Shown: one piece after another, positions 25,825 through 32,780 of the stretch
How the letters are laid out: each line of letters opens with the position of its first letter
Numbering within the stretch: position 1 is the stretch's first letter
Virus record (IMG/VR): IMGVR_UViG_3300019872_000009
Span: 1 to 37,402 of that record
Strand: one strand, 5' to 3'
From: a virus
Lineage: Duplodnaviria; Caudoviricetes
Length of the DNA: 37,402 nucleotides
Notes under the pieces: generated by a model
Database searches by the model: none
The model's input: only the letters and a program-made list of their open reading frames with translations
What the model was told of the DNA's origin: nothing
Program-made: the position numbers and the translations under genes

Positions 25825-27499
25825 TAAATTAAAACAATGGGCTCCTGCGTGGATGGGCTTTGGTGAAGTCAAGGCTGAAGTTGCGCGGCATGCTAATCCT
25901 CACGGAATCCCCCACGCTCCAAGAGCGAACGTGAGTGGATCAGGTCATTATGAAATCATTGGTGGTTATCACTACGATGGTCAGAAGGACGCTGGCGAAA
26001 TGCCAATCAAAAACTACGTTGTAAATTATCCTACACTACGTCAAAGAAGTTGGGACTTGCTCCTCGATAGTCCCCTTGCGCAAACTGTAATAAAAAAATA
26101 TGTATCGTGGTCGATTGGTAAGGGTTTGAAACTGCAAGCTGAACCATCAATTAGTGTTCTTGCTGAAGAAGGTATCACGATAAAAAAAGAAGAATGGTCA
26201 AAGCGTGTTGAATCGAGATTTGAGTTGTTCAAGAGATCGAAGGGTACGGACTATTCAGGTATGCAGTCGTTGAATAAGTTGGAGTCTGAAGCGTTCAAGA
26301 ATGCGAAGATCGGTGGAGATGTGCTTGTTCTTCTGTACTACAAGAAAGGTAGAATCAAGGTTCAGCTTGTTGATGGGGCCAGGGTTGCTACTCCGTTAAA
26401 CAGAGTTGCGTTGTTCCCGATGAAAGAGGCAAATGGAAATCGGATTAAGGAGGGAATAGAAATTGATGACTCAGGAGAACATCAGGCATACCACATCAAA
26501 CGGCCTGGGGCTTCAATTGAAACTGATAGAATAGCGGCCAGAGATGCACAGGGAAGAATTCGTGCGTACATGGTTTACGGATGGAAATATCGGATCGATT
26601 CAGTTCGTGGGATGCCGCTTCTTTCAGTTGTGATGGAGATGTCACAGCAGTTGCAGCAATACCAAGCCGCTGCTGTAGCAAGTGCTGAGGATCGTGCAAA
26701 AATATCTGTTGCTATTGAGCACCAACCTAATGCAATGTCGACAGGGGATAATCCTTTTGCTACTTCAACAGTGAGGGCTCTTAATGTATCAGGGGAATTT
26801 GCGCCTGACTTCCCTGAAGATTCATTTGGTCAACCACTCGCGGATAAAGTAACAGCTACAACAAAAAGACAAGCTGTTAATCTTCCACTTGGAGCTGCGT
26901 TAAAAACAATAGAAAGCAAAGCTGAACTTTACTTCAAGGATTTCTTCACTGTGAATATCGATCAGGTTTGTGCTGCGTGTGAAATTCCTCCAAACGTTGC
27001 TATGTCGAAGTATGATAGCAACTTCTCTGCAAGTAGAGCTGCGTTGAAAGAATGGGACAATACATTGAATGTTCAGCGTGAAGATTTCGCAGAGCAATTC
27101 CTCGCTCCTATCTATGCTTTCTTTTTAGAAATGGAAACAAGGACAGGTAAAATAAAATCACCTGGTTACGTGGAGGCCTTTGATTCAGAAGATTGGATGC
27201 TACTGGAAGCGTATCATAAATCAAGATTCGTTGGTGTCCCTGTCCCTCACATTGATCCAGTAAAAGAGGTGGACGCTGAGCGTAAGAAGCTCGGTAAGGC
27301 TGCTGATGCAATTCCGTTGACTACTATTGAAAGAGCTACTGAGATTCTTGGTGGTGGTGATTCTGACGGGAACATTGAACAATTCTCTGAAGAGTTAAAG
27401 CTGAGTAGAACGTTGGGGATAAAGTTGGAAGATACTCTTCCTAAGCCTGCTGCTGGCGCTGCTCCTGCTCCTGCGAAGAAAAAAATAAAGAAAAAGTAA
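25811..27499 (+). CDS. Portal protein, lambda gpB family
   Basis: LRQRSWDL, IGKGLKLQ, IKEGIEID..G...AYHI, VRGMPLL, NFSASRAALKE and IDPVKEV motifs. Confidence 0.93.
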   Translation: MALADKLKQWAPAWMGFGEVKAEVARHANPHGIPHAPRANVSGSGHYEIIGGYHYDGQKDAGEMPIKNYVVNYPTLRQRSWDLLLDSPLAQTVIKKYVSWSIGKGLKLQAEPSISVLAEEGITIKKEEWSKRVESRFELFKRSKGTDYSGMQSLNKLESEAFKNAKIGGDVLVLLYYKKGRIKVQLVDGARVATPLNRVALFPMKEANGNRIKEGIEIDDSGEHQAYHIKRPGASIETDRIAARDAQGRIRAYMVYGWKYRIDSVRGMPLLSVVMEMSQQLQQYQAAAVASAEDRAKISVAIEHQPNAMSTGDNPFATSTVRALNVSGEFAPDFPEDSFGQPLADKVTATTKRQAVNLPLGAALKTIESKAELYFKDFFTVNIDQVCAACEIPPNVAMSKYDSNFSASRAALKEWDNTLNVQREDFAEQFLAPIYAFFLEMETRTGKIKSPGYVEAFDSEDWMLLEAYHKSRFVGVPVPHIDPVKEVDAERKKLGKAADAIPLTTIERATEILGGGDSDGNIEQFSEELKLSRTLGIKLEDTLPKPAAGAAPAPAKKKIKKK

Positions 27500-27501
27500 A
27501 A

Positions 27502-27663
27502 TCAATCTCTAAATTCGCGCATGTCCTTAGGATACGAATCTCTGATCGTTCGTAGATGTGGCTTGATTAAAGTTGACAGTGACACTCCTTCATTTTTCGC
27601 TATGTTCTTCAAGTCTGTGGATACGTCCTTTGGAACATTTGTGATAGTGACTTTCTTTGCCAT
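27502..27663 (-). CDS. Ribbon-helix-helix (Arc/FitA-like) DNA-binding protein, 53 aa; below the ORF-track cutoff
   Basis: MAKKVTITNVPKDVSTDLKNIAKNEGVSLSTLIKPHLRTIRDSYPKDMREFRD. Alternating beta strand, helix, G-x-S turn, helix. Fills the portal-protease gap. Confidence 0.75.
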   Translation of the reverse strand: MAKKVTITNVPKDVSTDLKNIAKNEGVSLSTLIKPHLRTIRDSYPKDMREFRD

Positions 27664-27697
27664 AGTTCTTTATTTGAATGCCCCAATTTAAAAAATA

Positions 27698-27743
27698 ATA
27701 GCATCGTTTGTCGACAAACAGGCATAAAAATGTCGACAAAATT
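27698..27743. promoter_or_regulatory. 46-bp operator, copy 2, between the divergent RHH gene and the head operon
   Basis: Identical to 13639..13684. Confidence 0.8.
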
Positions 27744-27781
27744 AACGGTGTGGCAGATTTAGTAGCAAATTCGCTACTGTT

Positions 27782-28912
27782 ATGCCAAAAGATGTAGTTT
27801 TATTCGGTGGGATTCATGAAGGAACAGCGATGTTCTTCTATGAGCAGCTTAACGAAGCCCTGGAAAAGGACGAGTCTGCTGAGATAGTTCTCAGGGTTAA
27901 CACATCAGGCGGTGGCCCTGACTATGCAATGTCTGTCATAGAAAAAGTTCAAGAATTAAAAGACCAGATTTTATTGAAAGGTGGAATGTCGATGCACTCT
28001 GCCGGGTTCTTCATGATGGTAGCTGTTGATGCTGATCGTGTTGAGTGCATGGATTTGACTACTTCTGTTCTTCATCGCGCTGCTTATCCAGATTGGATTG
28101 AAAGCGCAGCTTGGTACAAGGGTAGCGTCAACGAGCAGTTGGTTGCTGATCAAAACAAGAAATTGGAAAAGATGTTGAGGAACCGTGTGAACGTAGAAGT
28201 TCTGGAATCACTCCCTCAATTCAAGGATAAAAACATTACCCTCAAAGATATTTTCGCTCTGGATAACAGAGTAGAAGTTTTGCTTACAGCTAACGATTTG
28301 AAAAAGATCGGTGTGGTTGGTAAGATTAATAAAATCACTCCTGCTAAAAAATCAGAACTTGTAGCAATGGTAAACACTTTTGATAAGTGTCATTCGCTTG
28401 ATGAGTACAGAATAGCAGCGAGTTCAATTGAAGAGAAAAAATCAAAACCAAATTCAGGCAATATGGAACTCACATTAGAAAGTTTGAAAGCAGATTTTCC
28501 GTCAATCTACGAAGCTGTTGTTGCTTCTGCGAAGAAGGAAGGTAAGGAAGCTGAGGTAGCTCGTGTAAAAGCGTGGGCAGCTTGGGCTAAGGTTGATCCT
28601 GATCGTGTAACAAAAGCAATTGCTGATGGAACCGAGATGTCAATCGAAGTGATTTCTGAATTGTCTGCAAAGGCGGCTAGTGCTGCTGGAATTGCTGCTG
28701 CTGCTGCTGGTAACCCTGGCGCAGATGCGGGTAAGGGAAAGGGTAAAGAAGGTGCTGCTGCTCCTGCCGCTGAAGCTGGCGAAGGAACAAAAGAAAAAGT
28801 TACTGGTGATCAGGAGTTAGAAGTTCTTTCTGCTGACATCGACAAGTACCTTGGAAAGAAGCCTGCTAACGTTGCTTCAAAAGAGCACGTTGAGTCAGAC
28901 GACCAGGACTAG
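27782..28912 (+). CDS. ClpP-like prohead protease with C-terminal scaffold domain
   Basis: LRVNTSGG, HSAG (Ser), VLHRA (His) and LLTANDLKKIGVV motifs, followed by an Ala/Glu/Lys-rich tail. Confidence 0.8.
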   Translation: MPKDVVLFGGIHEGTAMFFYEQLNEALEKDESAEIVLRVNTSGGGPDYAMSVIEKVQELKDQILLKGGMSMHSAGFFMMVAVDADRVECMDLTTSVLHRAAYPDWIESAAWYKGSVNEQLVADQNKKLEKMLRNRVNVEVLESLPQFKDKNITLKDIFALDNRVEVLLTANDLKKIGVVGKINKITPAKKSELVAMVNTFDKCHSLDEYRIAASSIEEKKSKPNSGNMELTLESLKADFPSIYEAVVASAKKEGKEAEVARVKAWAAWAKVDPDRVTKAIADGTEMSIEVISELSAKAASAAGIAAAAAGNPGADAGKGKGKEGAAAPAAEAGEGTKEKVTGDQELEVLSADIDKYLGKKPANVASKEHVESDDQD

Positions 28913-28972
28913 GATTAATTCTGGAATATTTTGTTTGTAAAATTGATTTGTAAACTTTAAAAATATAATCGC

Positions 28973-29440
28973 ATGACACCATCACAGTCAGAAGCCTTGA
29001 GAACCAATCAACAGGTGATCGCAAACACCAACAAAGAAAAACTCTTTATTGGTGACAACACTTTCCAGAAGGGTAATCTCTTGAATAACTCAAGTTACAA
29101 CGACTTGGTTATTCCGATGGGGACAGTGGTGGGTCGTATCGGTTCAACCGGAACGCTTGTGCCATTATCTCACAACTCGAACGATGGCAGTCAGCATCCG
29201 GTGGGTGTACTGGCTCATGATGTGGAGTTGGATGCGGCAGGTACACAGAGCAACGTGACTATCTGCGATGGTGGTGAAGTTGCTGAGGAGCTTTTAACAT
29301 TCAACTCTGGAACAGCTACAACATTAGAATCTGTTGTAACTAATCCAAGCGGTCAGAACCGCAGAGTGAGAGATTTGTTACAGGATCAGGGAATTAAATT
29401 GAGAATCAGAACTCACATGACCAACTACGACAATCAGTAG
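28973..29440 (+). CDS. Head decoration protein (lambda gpD-like)
   Basis: GTVVGRI...G...DGSQHPVGVL motif. Lies between the protease and capsid genes. Confidence 0.85.
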   Translation: MTPSQSEALRTNQQVIANTNKEKLFIGDNTFQKGNLLNNSSYNDLVIPMGTVVGRIGSTGTLVPLSHNSNDGSQHPVGVLAHDVELDAAGTQSNVTICDGGEVAEELLTFNSGTATTLESVVTNPSGQNRRVRDLLQDQGIKLRIRTHMTNYDNQ

Positions 29441-29496
29441 TCGGTAAGTGAATCAGGATAAAGGAAAAATTTGTAAAACTTAAAATTTAAAATACA

Positions 29497-30552
29497 ATGG
29501 CTATTCCAGCATCACAAGTAAGAGCCCTCTTCACACAGAAGTTGATTGATGTGTATCAGGAGCGCATTCGCCCAACGGCATTCTTGCGTGGGTTCTTCCC
29601 TGCCGTAACTGAGCCTACTCGTTACGTGGAAATTGAAGTGGAGAGAATGGGCGAGAAGATAGCCGTTGATGTTGTTCGCGGAACGGAAGGAAATCGCAAC
29701 GTGTTCGCAAGGAGCACACAGAAAATATTTGAGCCGCCAATGTATCGTGAGTATTTCGATGCAACCCATCTCGATCTTTATGATCGCGTGTTGGGGTCGC
29801 AGGATGGTGCGAATGGTCGCTTGTTCGCTCGTCTGTTGAACACAATCGCAGACAAGTTGGGATCGCTTCAGGATAAGATCGAAAGATCAATCGAGCTTCA
29901 GTGTGCTCAGGTTCTTTTGGATGGTATTGTTCAAACCTCGCTTGGTAATATTGATTACAAGCGTAAGGCTGGATCGCTGGTTGATGGTAATGCGAATTAC
30001 TTTGAGACAGCTAGTATGAATCCGTTCCCTGTGTTTGAAGCTGCGGGAGTGTTCTTGCGTACATACGGCAAATCAGTAGATGGTCACTTCAATGTGATCC
30101 TGGGCGCTACGGCATTTTCGCAATTGCTCTTGAATAGTAAGTTCCAAACTCGTCAGAACTTATTCCACATGAAGTTGGATGATGTCACTGGCCCGGCAAG
30201 AAACGGAACTGGCGCTGTGTTTCATGGCCGCATATCGAGTGATAATTACACTTTCGATCTGTGGACATATCCACAGGTTTATGAGGATGCGAACGGTGTA
30301 TATCAGCCATACATCCATAATCAAAAAATGGTTGTTATCCCATCCAGTCCGAGATTTAAGACTGCCTTCGCGGCAGTCCCACAACTGATCGGTGAGGAAG
30401 GTCAGGTTCCAGTTCAGGCTCCATTTGTTCTTGGAAACTTCCGTGATAAGCGTAATGCTACTCATGAGTTCGATATTCAGTCTGCTCCTCTTGCAATTCC
30501 GGTTGCGGTGGATCAAATCTATACCGTAAAAGCTACTGGTATAGGTGGATAA
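29497..30552 (+). CDS. Major capsid protein (lambda gpE family)
   Basis: FLRGFFP, FEPPMYRE, IERSIELQCAQVL.DG and IQSAPLAIP motifs. Confidence 0.92.
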   Translation: MAIPASQVRALFTQKLIDVYQERIRPTAFLRGFFPAVTEPTRYVEIEVERMGEKIAVDVVRGTEGNRNVFARSTQKIFEPPMYREYFDATHLDLYDRVLGSQDGANGRLFARLLNTIADKLGSLQDKIERSIELQCAQVLLDGIVQTSLGNIDYKRKAGSLVDGNANYFETASMNPFPVFEAAGVFLRTYGKSVDGHFNVILGATAFSQLLLNSKFQTRQNLFHMKLDDVTGPARNGTGAVFHGRISSDNYTFDLWTYPQVYEDANGVYQPYIHNQKMVVIPSSPRFKTAFAAVPQLIGEEGQVPVQAPFVLGNFRDKRNATHEFDIQSAPLAIPVAVDQIYTVKATGIGG

Positions 30553-30562
30553 TAGCTGAGCG

Positions 30563-30886
30563 ATGAATCACTATAAGGTTTTGGTTCTTGCCGTCAATGG
30601 CAAGAGGGGTATATTCAGATCAGGTGATGAGGTTAATGAAGATAATTTTCCTCCTGGTCACGCTGAGAAGTTGGTAGAGCAGGGATACCTTGAACGGATT
30701 GGTGAAGATGAGCAAAAGCCAGTGGATCAGAATGGTCAGCCGGAGTTTGTGGTGCCAGAGGTTCTTAGTCTTGATAAGGTAACATTGAATCAGATGAAAG
30801 CGGATTTGAATGCTCTGAAAATTGAATACCCAAAGAATGGAAGCAAGGCTGAGTTATTTGAAATCTGGAAGGATATTAAGAAATAA
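30563..30886 (+). CDS. Capsid-adjacent small protein with HeH/LEM-like C-terminus (gpFI position)
   Basis: C-terminal TLNQMKADLNALKIEYPKNGSKAELF and N-terminal GDEV...AEKLVEQGYLE. Confidence 0.6.
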   Translation: MNHYKVLVLAVNGKRGIFRSGDEVNEDNFPPGHAEKLVEQGYLERIGEDEQKPVDQNGQPEFVVPEVLSLDKVTLNQMKADLNALKIEYPKNGSKAELFEIWKDIKK

Positions 30887-30906
30887 GAACTTTGTTTGAT
30901 GATGAT

Positions 30907-30947
30907 AAGAACCGCCCTTTCGGATCACTCTGAAGGGGCTTTCTTTT
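30907..30947 (+). terminator. Rho-independent terminator after the capsid genes
   Basis: GCCCTTTCGGA-tcac-TCTGAAGGGGC hairpin followed by TTTCTTTT. Confidence 0.75.
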
Positions 30948-30958
30948 GAATACAGAAT

Positions 30959-31345
30959 ATGAGTTTACTGGAAAGAGCCAAGGCTGACATCGAGAGGATC
31001 ACATCGAACCTGAATGAGTTTGCCAGGGCCGCTGTATTTTACGCACCAACAGGGGAAACGGCTTCAGTAAATATCCTTCACACCAAGCATCATTTAGGTG
31101 TGGATGCTGAGTTGCAGAAGTGGGTTAATACGAAGAATGCGCACATCTCAGTTGCGGAGAAATTTTTGATTGACGCTGGATACCCGGTAAGAAACAGCGG
31201 TGGAGATGTGAGTTTGTTGAGACATAAGGTCAAGGTAGCTGACTCAACTGGAACGGAAGTTACTTATATGATTGACCGGTGGTTCCCAAATGAGACGATA
31301 GGTCTTATCACTTGCATTCTTGGAACTTATGAACCAGCACCGTAA
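30959..31345 (+). CDS. Head-tail adaptor / head closure protein (gpFII-like)
   Basis: Position after the capsid genes, 128 aa, beta-rich C-terminus. Confidence 0.55.
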   Translation: MSLLERAKADIERITSNLNEFARAAVFYAPTGETASVNILHTKHHLGVDAELQKWVNTKNAHISVAEKFLIDAGYPVRNSGGDVSLLRHKVKVADSTGTEVTYMIDRWFPNETIGLITCILGTYEPAP

Positions 31346-31947
31346 TGGCAGAGATACCCCTCATACCGCAGCAGGTTTTTGAAGCGATCCACAATCGAAT
31401 TGGTGAGATATTGACTGAGGAGTTAGAGAAGCAGTCGATACTAGCGAGTGATCCAACGTTGATTTTCCCAGTATTCAAGGAGCGGGACATTCCATTTAAT
31501 GACAGTGAGCTTCCTGCCATGAATGTAATGTTTGATGAGTCTGAGTACGACATGCAGACGCAAGTGCAGCACACGGGGGATTATCAGTATGTAATTGAAC
31601 TTGCTGCAAATGGCAAGAGCAACGATGAGAAGTTTGGTGATACACTTACGATGAACCAAGTGCAAAGGGTATTGGGGATTTGTCGGGAGATTATAATGAA
31701 TCCTAAATTCACAACACTTGGTTTTCCAAAGCCGTTGATTGAAAATCGTAAGGTTATTGGAATGAGGTTTGGAAAGCCTGTGCGTCAGGATTCGTCACAT
31801 ACGATACTTGGTAGAATGATGATTCGTGTCAAGGCGGTGGAGTCAGCGCAATTAAACACGGCTCATTTAATTCAAGGAATTGACACTACGGTTTTCCTGT
31901 ACGAAACGGAGAATGGATACCAGTGGAAGTCTTATTTTATGCAATAA
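31345..31947 (+). CDS. Tail terminator / neck protein (gpU-like)
   Basis: VFKER..P....ELPAMNV motif and gene position. Confidence 0.6.
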   Translation: MAEIPLIPQQVFEAIHNRIGEILTEELEKQSILASDPTLIFPVFKERDIPFNDSELPAMNVMFDESEYDMQTQVQHTGDYQYVIELAANGKSNDEKFGDTLTMNQVQRVLGICREIIMNPKFTTLGFPKPLIENRKVIGMRFGKPVRQDSSHTILGRMMIRVKAVESAQLNTAHLIQGIDTTVFLYETENGYQWKSYFMQ

Positions 31948-31996
31948 AAATATTATCTTTATATAATCTAACGTTGAGCAATCTAAATTTAAAATT

Positions 31997-32431
31997 ATGT
32001 TGAATCTCATGATTAGCATACTTGGTTGGTTCCTTTGGAATTGGGCTGAGTTCAGTATCGTAAAACAAGAAGGTGATGGTGGTGAATACACTGAGCGGAT
32101 ACTAAGGGTTCTTAGCGAGACACCGAATCTTACTATAGAGCAAAAAAGCTTCCTTACTATAGGGATCAAGGGTGTGCTGAGAAGTCCAATAAACCTCAGG
32201 GCATACGTGAGGACTCATTGGGAAACTTGGGTTGGATCGGTTGCTTGTATAGCGTTGTTACTTTGGGTTGGGTATCGCCAGGTGAGCCTCGATCCATTCG
32301 AGGCTGTGGTGGGAACGAAACTTAGTTGGAGTGATCTTTATTTACTTGGCTCAGGATTCGCTTGGGATGCTATCATCTTTGCTTTTAAAAAAGGCAGGAA
32401 TTTTTTCAAGAAAAAAGAACAGGAACTTTAA
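31997..32431 (+). CDS. Membrane protein, holin candidate
   Basis: About three hydrophobic segments and a basic C-terminal tail (KKGRNFFKKK). Confidence 0.45.
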   Translation: MLNLMISILGWFLWNWAEFSIVKQEGDGGEYTERILRVLSETPNLTIEQKSFLTIGIKGVLRSPINLRAYVRTHWETWVGSVACIALLLWVGYRQVSLDPFEAVVGTKLSWSDLYLLGSGFAWDAIIFAFKKGRNFFKKKEQEL

Positions 32432-32433
32432 AT

Positions 32434-32769
32434 ATGTCATCTAAAACAGACGCGGAGCTAACAGCCGCAGCAGATGTAATCGCTGCTGAAACAGCAGCCG
32501 GGGCAAACACTCGTGGAAGAGTGGCTGGTCTTTTAAAGGATATAATTGACTCGAAACCAAACAATCCTGTACGTGGGAACTACGATGCCTCTACAAATCT
32601 TTTCCCGGAGATTGGCGGCACTGGTGGCAGCGGTGTTGTTCTGAGGGGCAACCAGTTTCCGGTCACGGTTGGTGGAACCTTGAATGGTGAACATGTACCA
32701 GCCGGGAGTATTTTATTTGCGCTTGATGATCAGCCAGATCAGGATGCTTTGAAATGGAGAGTGATTTAG
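32434..32769 (+). CDS. Small fibre-associated structural protein
   Basis: ETAAGANTRGRV N-terminus and RGNYDASTN.P...G...VTVGG...W domain resembling phage fibre N-terminal modules. No signal peptide. Confidence 0.5.
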   Translation: MSSKTDAELTAAADVIAAETAAGANTRGRVAGLLKDIIDSKPNNPVRGNYDASTNLFPEIGGTGGSGVVLRGNQFPVTVGGTLNGEHVPAGSILFALDDQPDQDALKWRVI

Positions 32770-32780
32770 AATTTACAGTT

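Noticed and set aside
26736-26743. Additional TGTCGACA inside the portal gene
   Set aside because: Single 8-mer in coding sequence with no partner site 22 bp away. Compatible with chance.
13639-27743. 46-bp direct repeats as attL/attR or transposon ends
   Set aside because: No recombinase or transposase is present, the enclosed DNA is essential tail and portal genes, and both copies sit at operon starts with a co-spaced downstream motif. A regulatory role fits better.
27751-27767. Sigma-54-like promoter TGGCA...TAGCA
   Set aside because: GG-to-GC spacing is 11 nt rather than the strict 10, and it is absent from the other operator copy.
32754-32780. Upstream starts given by the ORF track (32754, and likewise 3275, 5339, 9238, 10014, 18201, 35474)
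   Set aside because: They overlap upstream genes and would bury signal peptides or family N-termini. Downstream ATGs with A-rich leaders or short overlaps fit better.
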